A stretch of DNA of 64,000 bases from an uncultured delta proteobacterium (GTDB lineage: Bacteria; Myxococcota_A; Polyangia; Polyangiales; Polyangiaceae), in the NCBI GenBank assembly GCA_963782055.1, contig CAWAIF010000003.1:3616001-3680000 (forward strand). Direction: 5' to 3'. Under the pieces are notes generated by a model. That model was not told the DNA's origin. It searched no databases and worked only from the letters and a program-made list of their open reading frames with translations. The position numbers were made by a program, and so were the translations under genes. Shown in pieces: positions 44,445 to 56,400 of this stretch (positions within the stretch are counted from its first letter, which is position 1; each line of letters begins with the position of its first letter).

Positions 44445-45410
44445 ATGTCGCAGTCCGGTCCCTACACCCGCGAGCACGTCCTCTCCCTCTACGATCGCCC
44501 GCTCCTGCCTCTCGTCGACGAGGCACGCGCCGTCCATCGCGCGCACCACCCCGACAACGAGGTGCAGCTCTGCACGCTGCTCTCGGTCAAGACGGGCGGG
44601 TGCCCGGAGGACTGCGCGTACTGCCCGCAGTCCAGCCACTACCAGACCGACACCGCACCGGAGAAGATGCTGGACGTGCAGCAGGTGCTGGCGAGCGCCC
44701 GCGCCGCGCGTGAGGCGGGCTCCACGCGCTTCTGCATGGGCGCCGCCTGGCGCGAGGTGAAGGACGGCCCGGCGTTCGACCGCGTGCTGGAGATGGTCCG
44801 CGGGGTGAAGTCGATGGGCCTCGAGGCGTGCGTCACGCTGGGCATGCTGACGGAGTCGCAGGCGGTGCGCCTGAAGGAGGCGGGCCTGGACGCCTACAAC
44901 CACAACCTGGACACCAGCCGCGAGAACTACCGGTCCATCATCAAGACGCGCGGCTACGACGACCGCCTCGCTACCCTCGCCAGCGTGCGCAAGGCGGGCA
45001 TCACGGTGTGCTCCGGCGGGATCATCGGCATGGGGGAGAGCAAGGAGGACCGCTGCGAGATGCTGCGCACCCTCGCCAACCTGGACCCGCAGCCGGAGAG
45101 CGTGCCCATCAACGCCCTGGTCCCGGTGGAGGGCACGCCGCTCGGGGCGATGCCGCCCGTCGACCCGCTCGACCTGGTGCGCATGATCGCGGTGGCGCGC
45201 ATCCTCATGCCCCACGCGCGGGTGCGTCTCTCCGCCGGCCGCACGTCCCTCACGCGCGAGGCGCAGATGCTTTGCATGCTCGCCGGGGCCAACTCCATCT
45301 TCTACGGAGACCGCCTCCTCACCACGCCCAACCCTGGCGAGGACGAGGACCTCTCTCTGTTGCGTGACGCCGGTCTGGTGGCGATGCCTCCCTCGACGAC
45401 GGCTCCCTGA
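44445..45410 (+). CDS. bioB: Biotin synthase
   Basis: [39 protein letters not shown]. Confidence 0.97.
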   Translation: MSQSGPYTREHVLSLYDRPLLPLVDEARAVHRAHHPDNEVQLCTLLSVKTGGCPEDCAYCPQSSHYQTDTAPEKMLDVQQVLASARAAREAGSTRFCMGAAWREVKDGPAFDRVLEMVRGVKSMGLEACVTLGMLTESQAVRLKEAGLDAYNHNLDTSRENYRSIIKTRGYDDRLATLASVRKAGITVCSGGIIGMGESKEDRCEMLRTLANLDPQPESVPINALVPVEGTPLGAMPPVDPLDLVRMIAVARILMPHARVRLSAGRTSLTREAQMLCMLAGANSIFYGDRLLTTPNPGEDEDLSLLRDAGLVAMPPSTTAP

Positions 45411-45420
45411 CCCTCCCTCC

Positions 45421-46923
<1,503 letters not shown>

Positions 46924-46979
46924 GACGCTCCCCCCACTCGTGCCAGAAGTACGATACTGGAGTCTGGGGAAAAGGGAAC

Positions 46980-49277
46980 ATGGCCACTGGCACTTACAAC
47001 GGACCGCGTAACGTGGTGATCCTCGGCGGCGGCGTCGCCGGCGTGGCGGCCTTCGATGCGCTGACGGCGGCCCTCGCCGGGCTCAGCCTGCCGCCGGGAT
47101 TGCGTATCACGCTCGTGGAGGCGGAGGACGCGGCGGGCGGCCGCGCACAGTCCTTCGCGCTGGAAGGGCCGTCCCCGCGCCATCCGCACGCGCCGTACGG
47201 GACCTGCGGCCCGCACGGTATTCACTTCGTGTGGGGCAGCTACGCGCATCTCTTGCGCCTGATGGGCGACCTCGCCGCGACCCGCCTCTCCGGCGGGACG
47301 GCCACCTACTGCGCGTGGATGGCGCCGCCGGACCTGGCGGGCGGCGCGCCAGCGCGGGTGGCGGCGGTGCACGTGTGCGATCCGGAGCGCCCGGAGACCG
47401 CGTGGAACCCCCGCGCGCGGCGGGTGCTGCGCGCCTTCCGGGACGCGGGCGTCGCGGTGCGCGCCTTCGAGCGTGGGCTGGAGACCATCCTCGGCCTGCG
47501 CCTCTCGGCGCACGAGCTCCTCAGCTACATGGATGTGCTCTTCGACGAGGGCCTCGGGCCGGAGCTGCGCTGGTCCTTGCTCTTCTCCCGCGCGGTGCTG
47601 GCGCAGGTCGGCTCGCCGGAGACGAGCCCGCTGCTCGAGCGACTCCTCGGCAAGAGCCCCGCCGACGCCGACGTGGGCGAGCTCCTGCACCCCCTCTTCC
47701 ACCAGCACATCATGCCGCGCATGCGCCGCGCGCATGCCACCCTCGGCACGCTGCGCACGGTGACGCTGGGCGCCTTCCCGCGCCACGCCTCCGCGCCCGA
47801 CACCCCGGAGGGCGGGCTGCTGCACGACCTGCGCGCGGTGCTGGACGTGCTCGATCTCGTCGCGCGCGACGCCGCCGCCATGGTGGGCACCGTGGCCACC
47901 TACGACCCGCGCGCCTCCGGGTTCCTCAAGAACGCGCTGAAGGCGGCCTTCTCCAACCCCTACCCGCTCGACATCGGCACGGTGGTGCGCAACGCGCAGT
48001 TCGGCCTGCGCAGCTACGAGGGCGCGGTGCTGCGCCTCTTCGACGGCGACGACAGCCGCGGCATGTGGGAGGCCATCGCCGACCGCGCGGCGGCCCGCCT
48101 GCCCGGCGTGGCGCAGATCCGCCGCGGCGTCGTGGCGCGGGCGATCCGCACCGACCCCTCCGGGCGGGTGACGCACGTCGAGCTGACCGACACCCGCGCG
48201 TCGCGCGAGCCCGACGTGCCGGCGCTCCGTCCCCGCGCGGCCGGGCCAACGACCGAGACGCTGGATGTCGACGCCGTCATCTCCACCCTGCTGCCGCGCT
48301 CCCTCGCGGCGATCCTCCCGCCCGGCGCGCCCGCCGACCTGACGGAACGCCTCGCCACGCTCGGCGAGCGGATGAACGAGACCCTCAACCTGCAGCTCTT
48401 CTTCCCTCGCAAGATGGCGCTGCCGGTCGTCGACCCGCCGGCGGGCTCGTCGGAGATCAAGCCCTTCTCCATCTCCAACCTGGAGGGGCCCTTCACCATC
48501 GTCGTGGACCTGGAGCGCGGCTGGTCGCGGGAGAAGTTCGAGGGCATCGCGCTGGAGGCCGGGGACGTCGGCCGCCCCTTCGCCGGCACCGCGTGGGAGC
48601 TGGTGGGTACCTACCCGGAGTGCTTCACCTTCGACGCCTTCGCCAACCCGGGGCGCGTGCAGTGGCCGCTGGAGGTCCAGCAGCGCCTGGCGGCCATCAC
48701 CAGCGACCTCGCCGAGTTCAATCCGGCGGCGCTCGACACGCGCCAGTGGGTCCACGACACAGGGACGCCGGGGCACCTCCCGCAGCCGGTGCTCGGCGAG
48801 GTGCGCGCGGAGCTCACCGCCGCCTACCAGCAGAAGTGGACCCGGAAGGCCTCCCCCATCGTCGCCGCCCAGACGATGCGGCTGCTCGCCGACCTGCCGG
48901 GGCTGGCGCCGGACGACGCCACCTACCTCCGCGAGCAGGCAGACGCGGTGGAGCAGGGCGGGCCGGTCGCGATGCGCTGGACGCTGCTGCGGGCGTGCCA
49001 GGCGGAGAACCGCTTCTTCTCCGCCGAGCCGGGCCTCTTCGCCATCCGCCCCCACGCGCGCTTCCAGACCGCGATCCGGGGCCTCTGGGTCGCGGGCGAC
49101 TGGACGCGCAACGGCCTCAACCTTCAGGCGATGGAGGCGGCGACGATCTCCGGCCTGCAGGCCGCCTGCGGCGTGCTGGAGCAGGCGCGCGCGGGCGGGC
49201 TGGTCGGGGTGCGCCTGCCGCGGATCGATCCCTCCATCCTCCCGGAGGGTGCATGGGACTCCGGCCCGGACGCCTGA
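46980..49277 (+). CDS. Large FAD-dependent oxidoreductase of the amine-oxidase/carotenoid-desaturase (PDS/ZDS/HpnE-like) superfamily
   Basis: ILGGGVAG, EA..AAGGRAQS, HGIHFVWGSY, C-terminal GLWVAGDWT...MEAATISGLQAA. Confidence 0.8.
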   Translation: MATGTYNGPRNVVILGGGVAGVAAFDALTAALAGLSLPPGLRITLVEAEDAAGGRAQSFALEGPSPRHPHAPYGTCGPHGIHFVWGSYAHLLRLMGDLAATRLSGGTATYCAWMAPPDLAGGAPARVAAVHVCDPERPETAWNPRARRVLRAFRDAGVAVRAFERGLETILGLRLSAHELLSYMDVLFDEGLGPELRWSLLFSRAVLAQVGSPETSPLLERLLGKSPADADVGELLHPLFHQHIMPRMRRAHATLGTLRTVTLGAFPRHASAPDTPEGGLLHDLRAVLDVLDLVARDAAAMVGTVATYDPRASGFLKNALKAAFSNPYPLDIGTVVRNAQFGLRSYEGAVLRLFDGDDSRGMWEAIADRAAARLPGVAQIRRGVVARAIRTDPSGRVTHVELTDTRASREPDVPALRPRAAGPTTETLDVDAVISTLLPRSLAAILPPGAPADLTERLATLGERMNETLNLQLFFPRKMALPVVDPPAGSSEIKPFSISNLEGPFTIVVDLERGWSREKFEGIALEAGDVGRPFAGTAWELVGTYPECFTFDAFANPGRVQWPLEVQQRLAAITSDLAEFNPAALDTRQWVHDTGTPGHLPQPVLGEVRAELTAAYQQKWTRKASPIVAAQTMRLLADLPGLAPDDATYLREQADAVEQGGPVAMRWTLLRACQAENRFFSAEPGLFAIRPHARFQTAIRGLWVAGDWTRNGLNLQAMEAATISGLQAACGVLEQARAGGLVGVRLPRIDPSILPEGAWDSGPDA

Positions 49278-49295
49278 GTCCCGGGCTCCGGGCCC

Positions 49296-49952
49296 TCAGA
49301 TCGGGATCCACATCAGCCACTTGCCGCGGCGGGCGACGCGGCGCTCCACGTCGGCGAGCTTGCCGCGGCCGTCCAGGATCGCCATGGCGTCGCGCCACGC
49401 GCGACCGCGCCAGGCCGCGAACCTCTCCTCGGTGAGCAGCTCGTCGGCGTTGAGGCCGAGGGTGTCCATCGTCCGCAGCCCCTCGCCGTAGCGATCCTCG
49501 ACCAGCCGCTGGATGGACGGGACGGCGTGGGTGATGACCCCGTTGACCGCGAGGAAGTCGCGCAGCCGGCGCTCCCGGTCGTCCACCACGCCCTCGAGCA
49601 GGACCTCGCAGAGGTCGTAGGACATGTGCGCGTTGATGCCGAGCATCAGGTGGCGAATGGCGTGATGGCCGCGGTCGCCGCCCGCCGCGTCGAACGCCAC
49701 CTTCCACGGCAGCCCGCGCTCGCCGGCGTGCTCCAGCGCGAGCTGGTAGCGCCGGGCGAAGCGCACGTCGAAGTCGGCGATCCACGCCGGGTCCTCGAAG
49801 ACTCCGGAGGGCGAGTACGCCACGATGGCGAGGGTGAAGCGGTGGTAGGCGCGCGCGAAGATGCCGTAGGCCGCGGGCAGCTCGCCGCGCTCGGCGCGGG
49901 CGGCGCAGCCGGCGAGGTAGTCGAGCACGTCGTCGGTCGTCTGCAGGCTCAT
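49296..49952 (-). CDS. DUF5995-like helical protein
   Basis: FDVRFARRY, WKVAF, LMLGINAHMSYDL, DFLAVN; ATG 49952 overlaps upstream stop. Confidence 0.72.
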   Translation of the reverse strand: MSLQTTDDVLDYLAGCAARAERGELPAAYGIFARAYHRFTLAIVAYSPSGVFEDPAWIADFDVRFARRYQLALEHAGERGLPWKVAFDAAGGDRGHHAIRHLMLGINAHMSYDLCEVLLEGVVDDRERRLRDFLAVNGVITHAVPSIQRLVEDRYGEGLRTMDTLGLNADELLTEERFAAWRGRAWRDAMAILDGRGKLADVERRVARRGKWLMWIPI

Positions 49953-50512
49953 TGCCACCGGAGCACCACCTTCAGCCGGCCGTCGGGCTCCAGGCCGTGT
50001 TCCTCGACCACATCGCGCGCGCGCGTGAGGCCGAGCACCGAGCGGAACATCTCGGACGCCGTCTGGCGGCTGAGCGGCGTCGTCGTGAGCACCGGGTGGT
50101 CCATGTGCACCACCGCGCGCCGGTCCTCGATCGCCACGTCCAGCTCGCCGTGAGTGTGATCGTGCCGCCAGAGCTCCGGCGCGCGCTTGAGCACCGCGCC
50201 GGGCGGTGCGAACTGGACCAGCAGCCGCCGTACCCGCCCGAAGCCGAGCGCGATGACGTGCCCCACGAACTCGCGGTAGGCCTCGTGGCTGCCCAGCGCC
50301 GGGCCCGCGCACACCGCCTCGGCGAGATCGAGCATGTACCGCTCGGGGACCCAGCCCACCGCGACCACCAGGTTGTCCGCCACCAGCACCTCGCGCGTCC
50401 GCGGCGGCAATCGCTCGACGATGTCACGCCACCCCGCCGTCCCCCAAAGCGTGAGCGCCGCGGAGCGAAAGGCGAGGAGCTGGGTGGCGCGCGTGGACGG
50501 CTCGCCGATCAT
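49949..50512 (-). CDS. Myxobacterial DUF2378-like (H-NOX/V4R-like) protein
   Basis: GWVPE, APELWRHDHTHGEL, C-terminal VVLRW pattern. Confidence 0.55.
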   Translation of the reverse strand: MIGEPSTRATQLLAFRSAALTLWGTAGWRDIVERLPPRTREVLVADNLVVAVGWVPERYMLDLAEAVCAGPALGSHEAYREFVGHVIALGFGRVRRLLVQFAPPGAVLKRAPELWRHDHTHGELDVAIEDRRAVVHMDHPVLTTTPLSRQTASEMFRSVLGLTRARDVVEEHGLEPDGRLKVVLRWQ

Positions 50513-50606
50513 CGGTGACGGGGCGGCCCGCCGGGGGCTCGCCGAAAGCACGAGGAGGCCATGAAGTCCTCCGAGGATACCGCATCGCCCCGCGGCGCGG
50601 AGCAGG

Positions 50607-52082
50607 CTACTTCTTCAGCCAGCGCCCGATGGTGTTGCGCCCGATGCCCAGGCGCCGCGCGGCCTCCGTCTTGTTGCCGCCGCACGCGCGGATCGCCGCC
50701 TCCACGTAGCGGCGCTCCGCCTCCTGCAACGTCAGGCCGGGCGGCAGGCGGACGCCGTCCTCCCCTGCCCCCGCGCCTTCCTCCTCCGCCACCTCCGCCT
50801 CCTCCGCCGGGAAGCCGGACGGACGGATCACGCCGTCGGGGGCGAGCACCAGCGCGCCCTCCACCCAGTGCTCCAGCTCGCGCACGTTGCCCGGCCAGCG
50901 GTGCTTGCGCAGCCGCTCCAGCGCCTCGGGCGTGAAGCGCGGCTCGGGCCGCGCGTAGCGCCTGGCGTACATGTCGGCGAAGTGCCGGGCGAGCTGCTCG
51001 ATCTCCTCCGGGCCGCGCGCCCGCAGCGGCGGCAGCACGATCTCCACGACGCGCGCGCGGTAGTACAGGTCCTCGCGAAAGCGCCCCTCCTTGACCAGCG
51101 CCCGCAGATCGCGGTGCGTGGCGCACACGACGCGCACGTCGGCGCGCAGCGTCTCGCGGCCGCCCACCCGCTCGAACTCGTGGTCCTGCAGGAAGCGCAG
51201 CAGCTTGCCCTGGATGTCCAGCGGCAGGTCGCCGATCTCGTCCAGGAAGAGCGTGCCCCCCGCCGCCATCTCCACCTTGCCGAGCACTCGCCTGTCGGCC
51301 CCGGTGAAGGCGCCTCGCTCGTGGCCGAAGAGCTCGCTCTCGACGAGCTGCGCGGGGAGCGTGGTGCAGTCCACCACGACGAAGGGCCCCGCCTGCCGCT
51401 TGGAGTTGACGTGCACCGCGCGCGCGAAGCGTCCCTTGCCGGTGCCCGTCTCCCCGCGGAAGAGCACCGTGGCGTCGGTCTGCGCGGCGAGGGTGACGCG
51501 CTCGTAGACCTCCTTGAGCAGCGCGCAGCGTCCGACGATGCGGTTGAAGGGCCCTCGCAGGGTGACGCCGGGCCCCGCGGCGTTCTCCGCCCGCAGCGTG
51601 GTCAGCGAGAGCGCCCGCGCGAGCTGCGTGGCGAGCGCCAGAAGATAGCGCTGGTCTTCCTCGTCGAAGGCGCCGCCGCCCTCGCGGTTGAGCACCTGCA
51701 CCACGCCCCGCACCGGCGCGTGCGCGTCCTCCCGGACGGGGACCACCAGCATCGACCGCGTCACGTACCCCGTCGCCTTGTCGGCGGTGGGGTCGAAGCG
51801 CGGATCGCGCGTGGCGTCCTCGATGCGCACGGCCTCGCCCGTCCGCGCGACGTACCCGGCGATGCCGCGGGCGACCGGCTGCCGCAGCGCGGGGACCTCC
51901 GGCAGCATCGCCACGCGCGTGACCAGCTCCCCGCCATCGGCGTCCAGCAGCCAGAGCGTCGCCCGGTCCGCCCGCAGCGCCGCCGCCACCCGCTCGCACG
52001 CCGTCGCCAGCAGCGCGTCCAGGTCGATCTCCCGCGCGAGCAGCGACGCCAGGTCGACGAGCAGCGACAGGCGGTTGGACAT
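50607..52082 (-). CDS. GAF-domain sigma54 enhancer-binding protein (Fis-type HTH)
   Basis: [53 protein letters not shown]. Confidence 0.95.
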   Translation of the reverse strand: MSNRLSLLVDLASLLAREIDLDALLATACERVAAALRADRATLWLLDADGGELVTRVAMLPEVPALRQPVARGIAGYVARTGEAVRIEDATRDPRFDPTADKATGYVTRSMLVVPVREDAHAPVRGVVQVLNREGGGAFDEEDQRYLLALATQLARALSLTTLRAENAAGPGVTLRGPFNRIVGRCALLKEVYERVTLAAQTDATVLFRGETGTGKGRFARAVHVNSKRQAGPFVVVDCTTLPAQLVESELFGHERGAFTGADRRVLGKVEMAAGGTLFLDEIGDLPLDIQGKLLRFLQDHEFERVGGRETLRADVRVVCATHRDLRALVKEGRFREDLYYRARVVEIVLPPLRARGPEEIEQLARHFADMYARRYARPEPRFTPEALERLRKHRWPGNVRELEHWVEGALVLAPDGVIRPSGFPAEEAEVAEEEGAGAGEDGVRLPPGLTLQEAERRYVEAAIRACGGNKTEAARRLGIGRNTIGRWLKK

Positions 52083-52157
52083 CGCCGGAAGCCTAGCGAA
52101 TCCCGCGGTCTCGCGCCCTCCGGAAAGAGTGTACTCTACAACCATCTGCGGCGATCC

Positions 52158-53018
52158 TCACGCCGCCACGCTCCCCGCCGGCTCGGGGATCACCAGGCAC
52201 ATGCCCTCGCGCGCGGCCGTCGTGTCGGCGAAGAGCTCGCGCGCCAGGCCCTCGATCTCCTCCACTCCGGCGTCGGTGCGCTGCGGGTCGTGATGGAAGA
52301 GCACCAGCTTGCCGATGCCCGCGGCGTTCGCCAGCTCGGCGCCGGCCACGTAGGTCGAGTGCCCCCACCCCACCTTGGAGCGGCCCCCCGCCGAGGGCGC
52401 GCCGGCGTACTCCGCCGGCGTGTACTGGGCGTCGTAGATGAGCATGTCGGCGCCGCGCGCCAGCGCGAGCAGGGTGGGGTCGATGCAAGCGTAGTGCTCG
52501 GTGTCGGTGGCGAACACGAGGCTTCGCCCGCCGTGCTCCAGGCGATACGCGTAGACGCCGCCGGGGTGGTTCAGGCGCGCGGCGCGCACGCGCACGTCGC
52601 CGACCTCGAAGGGCTGATCCGCTCGGACCTCCTTGTAGGCGAGCTCGGCGGCGAGGTCGTCGAGCTGCACCGGGAAGTGAGGCTCGGTCATCTGCCGGCT
52701 GAGCTTGTCGCGCAGCGAGCCGCGCCCGTCCGACGAGCCGACGACGGTGAGCCGGGAGGTGGGCACGTACGCAGGGACGAAGAAGGGCAAGCCCTGGATG
52801 TGGTCCCAGTGGAAGTGCGAGAGCAGCAGGGTCGCCTCCGCCGGCTTGCCCTCCCGCATCATCGCGTCACCCAGACGCCGCAGCCCGGTGCCCGCGTCGA
52901 GCACGATGCGCTCGCCCGCGCACTGCACCTCCACACAGCTCGTGTTGCCCCCGACCTCCGCCGTGTCCGGTCCCGGCGACGCGATGCTCCCCCGGACTCC
53001 CCAGAATCGAATTTCCAT
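52158..53018 (-). CDS. Metallo-beta-lactamase-fold hydrolase (RNase Z/phosphodiesterase-like)
   Basis: [41 protein letters not shown]. Confidence 0.92.
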   Translation of the reverse strand: MEIRFWGVRGSIASPGPDTAEVGGNTSCVEVQCAGERIVLDAGTGLRRLGDAMMREGKPAEATLLLSHFHWDHIQGLPFFVPAYVPTSRLTVVGSSDGRGSLRDKLSRQMTEPHFPVQLDDLAAELAYKEVRADQPFEVGDVRVRAARLNHPGGVYAYRLEHGGRSLVFATDTEHYACIDPTLLALARGADMLIYDAQYTPAEYAGAPSAGGRSKVGWGHSTYVAGAELANAAGIGKLVLFHHDPQRTDAGVEEIEGLARELFADTTAAREGMCLVIPEPAGSVAA

Positions 53019-53043
53019 GATGGCGCTCCTGCGGAGAGCGTAT

Positions 53044-53059
53044 TGCGAGGCGCGTGCCA
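53044..53059 (-). promoter_or_regulatory. sigma54 (-24/-12) promoter of the MBL hydrolase gene
   Basis: Minus strand TGGCAC-GCGCC-TCGCA, GG-N10-GC, 25 nt before ATG 53018 with AGGAG RBS; next gene is a sigma54 activator. Confidence 0.7.
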
Positions 53060-53190
53060 CGCGAAAGGCCCGAAGGCACGAGGGCTCTCCCCCTGCCCGC
53101 ACCACGCTGGGGCCCCGTGCTGGTGCACCAGCTCGGCGGTGGGTCGGCTTGACGCCACGCCGCAAATTGGCGACCGTGCACGCGGGAGAG

Positions 53191-53520
53191 ATGCGACGCG
53201 TACTCGTCGTGGATGACTCGGCGGTGGCCCGGAGCCTGCTCGTCTCGCGCCTCACGGCCGCGGGCCTGGAGGCCGTGGACGTCGCGTCGGCGCCGGAGGC
53301 GCTGGCGGTGGACCTGGACGCCCTCGCCTGCGCGGTGGTGGACGTGGAGCTGGGGCCCTCCTCCGGCCTGGACCTCGCCGACGCCCTCACCGCGCGCAGC
53401 CCCCGGCTGCCCATCGCCTTCTTCACCGGCGGCGGCCTGAAGGAGGCCGCTCACCCCGTCTTCGTCAAGCCGCGTGATCTGGACAATCTGATCGCCTGGG
53501 CTCTCGACCGCTGCTCCTGA
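53191..53520 (+). CDS. Short single-domain response regulator
   Basis: VLVVDDS, VVDVELGPSSG, FFTG, VKP. Confidence 0.8.
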   Translation: MRRVLVVDDSAVARSLLVSRLTAAGLEAVDVASAPEALAVDLDALACAVVDVELGPSSGLDLADALTARSPRLPIAFFTGGGLKEAAHPVFVKPRDLDNLIAWALDRCS

Positions 53521-53885
53521 CGTTCCACCGCCTCCTCCAGCGCCGCCTCCATGCGCACCCGCCGGGTGGCCGCCCGCTGCGCCCTGAACGCGGTCCACCA
53601 CCCGCCTCCACGGCTGAGGGTGGTGACCGGGGGCGGAAGGGCCCCGCGATACGGGGTTCCCTCCCCCGCCCGATCCGCCTGCGGGCAAGGCGGCGCAGCC
53701 CGTCGCTCCAGCGCACGCGTGGCGGCTGCCATGCGGCGACGCCTCCAGGCCTGATACGCCCGTCCCCACGGAAGCCACCGCTGGAGCGGCGGACTGAAGG
53801 TGCCGACGGCCAGGGTGATCAGCGAGCCCCACGCGACCTCGAAGGCGAGCATCTCCAGCGCGTCCGTCATGTCGCGCATCGTCAC
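53451..53885 (-). CDS. Hypothetical small membrane protein
   Basis: GTGA overlap with upstream gene; N-terminal hydrophobic segment; 3' end overlaps the convergent regulator by 70 nt. Confidence 0.4.
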   Translation of the reverse strand: MTMRDMTDALEMLAFEVAWGSLITLAVGTFSPPLQRWLPWGRAYQAWRRRRMAAATRALERRAAPPCPQADRAGEGTPYRGALPPPVTTLSRGGGWWTAFRAQRAATRRVRMEAALEEAVERQEQRSRAQAIRLSRSRGLTKTG

Positions 53886-54658
53886 ACCTGGAACCGGACG
53901 CGCGCCTGTGCGTACCGGGCGTCGCGCGCTTCCAGGCCGGACACCGCCGCGTCGTACTCGGCCCTCCCCTCGTGGTGGGCCCACACCAGGGAGTCGAAGC
54001 CCTCCTTGAACGCCGGATCCGTGGCGTAGCGCTTCGCGGCCTCCGGATGGGCGGAGAAGTAGGCCTTCCGGTCCACGTTCCCGTCGAGCATGCCGCGCGC
54101 TGCATTGAGACCCTGGTCCGCGTGGATCTGCACCAGGGCCATCTTGCTCTTGTCCGCGCCGAGCCCCTCCTCCGCGATCTTCTGCGTGCCGGCCTTCCAT
54201 CCGTCGGTGTACCTGGACATGAGGTCGCCCATGCGCTCGTCCTTGTAGCCCTGCGGGATGTCGAGGTTCGCGAGCATGGCCGCGTGCATCGTGTCCCGCT
54301 CCTCGGCCGAGGCCAGCGCATCACCCCCCACGATCTCTTTGCAGGTCGCGGCCACCTCGATCACGACGCCGGCCGCGATGAGCCCCGCTCCGAGCGCCGA
54401 CTCCTCCGCGCCCGCCGCGAGGATGTGGAGCACGCCGGGCCCCGCGTGCAGCCCCAAGTTCTTCGCGCTCAGCTCCTCCTGCTCGCGCTTGGTCGCCATC
54501 GTCGTGACGTCGTCGGCGCCGAACTCGACGTAGTCGTGCTCGCCCGCGTCGGAGCGGATCTGGTTCATCACCCGGACGGTCGAGGAGTCCTCGTAGCCCG
54601 CCCACTTGCTGAGATCTTGATCGGAGTACCGGTTGTTCGTGTTGACGCCGTCGGTCAT
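53882..54658 (-). CDS. Hypothetical protein
   Basis: Strong GC3 codon bias, normal composition, central hydrophobic Ala/Gly stretch; no motif recognised. Confidence 0.7.
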   Translation of the reverse strand: MTDGVNTNNRYSDQDLSKWAGYEDSSTVRVMNQIRSDAGEHDYVEFGADDVTTMATKREQEELSAKNLGLHAGPGVLHILAAGAEESALGAGLIAAGVVIEVAATCKEIVGGDALASAEERDTMHAAMLANLDIPQGYKDERMGDLMSRYTDGWKAGTQKIAEEGLGADKSKMALVQIHADQGLNAARGMLDGNVDRKAYFSAHPEAAKRYATDPAFKEGFDSLVWAHHEGRAEYDAAVSGLEARDARYAQARVRFQV

Positions 54659-54709
54659 GGGGGCCACCTCGACCCACCATCGGCCGGGGGCGGACCGCAG
54701 TTGCGCGGA

Positions 54710-55777
54710 TCAGAACCCGGCGGCGGCGCGCGCGACGTCCTTGTCCAGGGCGCCCGACTGGACCAGCGCCTTGAGGTGCATCTCGAAGGTCTGCATGCCG
54801 TAAGGGTGAACCCCCTTCTCCATGAGCTCCTTCATGGGGGGGTTGTTCTCCGGGCGCTTCACCGCCTCGCGCACGGTGCCGGTGGCGACCACGACCTCGG
54901 CCGCCAGCACCAGACCGGTGCCGTCCTTCCGGGGCAGCAGGCGCTGGGCGATGATGCCCTGCAGCGAGTCGCCGATGCGCTCGCGCAGCTCCTCGGCGGC
55001 GCCGGGCTGCCCCTTCGGTCCGAGCGCCAGCATGCGGTTGACCGTGCGCGACACGTCCGGCGTGTGGAGCGTGGAGAGCACCAGGTGCCCCGTCTCGGCG
55101 GCCTTGAGGGCGATGTCCAGGGTGATCTCGTCACGGATCTCGCCCACCAGGATGACGTCGGGGTCCTGGCGGAGAGCGGCGCGCAGGGCGTCGGCGAAGG
55201 TGCCGGTGTCGATGCCAATCTCCCGCTGGCTGATGCTGCACTTGTCGTCGGTGTGCAGGAACTCGATGGGGTCCTCGATGGTGACGACGTGCAGGGGCTG
55301 CGAGTGGTTGAGGTGGGCGATCATGGCCGCGAGGGTGGAGCTCTTGCCGTTGCCGGCGGCGCCCACCACCAGCACCAGGCCGCGATCGCGCTCGGCCAGG
55401 TACTGCGAGGCGGCCGGGGCGCCCAGCTCCTCGAAGGACGGGATCTGCAGCGGGATGGCGCGCATCACGATGGCGAGCGTCCCCTTCTGCCGGTAGACGT
55501 TGACGCGGAAGCGGCCGACGCCCGGCGCCTCGTAGGCGGTGTCGTGCTCGTAGAGCGCCTCGAGGTGGTCGCGCACCTCGGCGCGCTTGATGACGTGGCG
55601 GGCGAGCGCCTCGGTGTCCTCCGCCTTGAGGGCCTCGGAGCGGAAGTAGACGATGTCGCCGCGGACGCGCGCGCCGGGGGGCTGGCCGACCTTCAGGTGC
55701 ACGTCGCTCGCCTTGGCGGCCACGGCCTTGCCGAGGAGCTGCACGAGAAACGCTTCGTTGACGTACGGGCTGGGCAT
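54710..55777 (-). CDS. PilT/PilU-family type IV pilus retraction ATPase paralog
   Basis: ASDVHL, RFRVNVY, GAAGNGKSST, TIEDPIEF, LRQDPDVILVGEIRD, AETGHLVLSTLHT; AIRNLIRE motif replaced by TVREAVKR. Confidence 0.92.
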   Translation of the reverse strand: MPSPYVNEAFLVQLLGKAVAAKASDVHLKVGQPPGARVRGDIVYFRSEALKAEDTEALARHVIKRAEVRDHLEALYEHDTAYEAPGVGRFRVNVYRQKGTLAIVMRAIPLQIPSFEELGAPAASQYLAERDRGLVLVVGAAGNGKSSTLAAMIAHLNHSQPLHVVTIEDPIEFLHTDDKCSISQREIGIDTGTFADALRAALRQDPDVILVGEIRDEITLDIALKAAETGHLVLSTLHTPDVSRTVNRMLALGPKGQPGAAEELRERIGDSLQGIIAQRLLPRKDGTGLVLAAEVVVATGTVREAVKRPENNPPMKELMEKGVHPYGMQTFEMHLKALVQSGALDKDVARAAAGF

Positions 55778-55784
55778 CGGGCTC

Positions 55785-56390
55785 CTACTTTACGTCCAAG
55801 TCCGTGGGGATGTCGCCGGCGTGGACGCAGCCGTAGTCGACGAGCATGCGAAGCGCGCGGATGACATCGATGCGGACGGGCCTGGGCCGGGAGGTGTCCT
55901 TCGCGGCGGCGAGGAGGTCGGCGCAACCGGCGAAGAGCTCCTCGGCGTCCTCCGGATCGGTCTGCGCGCGCTTCCGGGCCGCGACGCGCGCTGCGCTCTC
56001 GGCGGCGGCGGTGGCCTCCGGGGCGGGGGCGTGGCGGGCGGCGTCGCCCAGCACGGGCATCATGACGAAGCCGTCGGCGTAGCCCATCGCGCGCAGCGCG
56101 GTCAGGCGGTACGCGGGCATCCCGGCGCGCTCCACCAGGCCGATGCCGCCCTCGGCGTCGGCGAGGCGCGCGAGCTCGTCGGGGTCGCCGTCCTTCGCCG
56201 CCGTCCAGAGGGCTTCCATCTGCGGCGTTCGTGCGGCGGCCGCGGCGGCGGAGGCCGCAGAGGCCGAGGCGGCGGCGTCGTCCACCCCGCCGCCCTTGCC
56301 GCCCTTCTTGCCGCAGTCGCACCGCGGGCCCAGCGTGGCGAGGGCGGCGAGGGCCGCCCAGGTCATCCATGTCCTTCTGGCGCGCGTCAC
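55785..56390 (-). CDS. Hypothetical exported helical (HEAT-like) protein, possible lipoprotein
   Basis: Hydrophobic N-terminus then CDC-GKK; Ala-rich linker; same-strand run between kinase and pilT. Confidence 0.6.
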   Translation of the reverse strand: MTRARRTWMTWAALAALATLGPRCDCGKKGGKGGGVDDAAASASAASAAAAAARTPQMEALWTAAKDGDPDELARLADAEGGIGLVERAGMPAYRLTALRAMGYADGFVMMPVLGDAARHAPAPEATAAAESAARVAARKRAQTDPEDAEELFAGCADLLAAAKDTSRPRPVRIDVIRALRMLVDYGCVHAGDIPTDLDVK

Positions 56391-56400
56391 GCGACCGAAG

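Noticed and set aside
46930..46945. sigma54 promoter (TGGCACG) for the PAS kinase
   Set aside because: No GC at -12 and too close to the start codon.
54710..55777. Conductive-pilus link between PilT/Tgl and the cytochrome cluster
   Set aside because: No pilin gene in the window; both are ordinary myxobacterial motility components.
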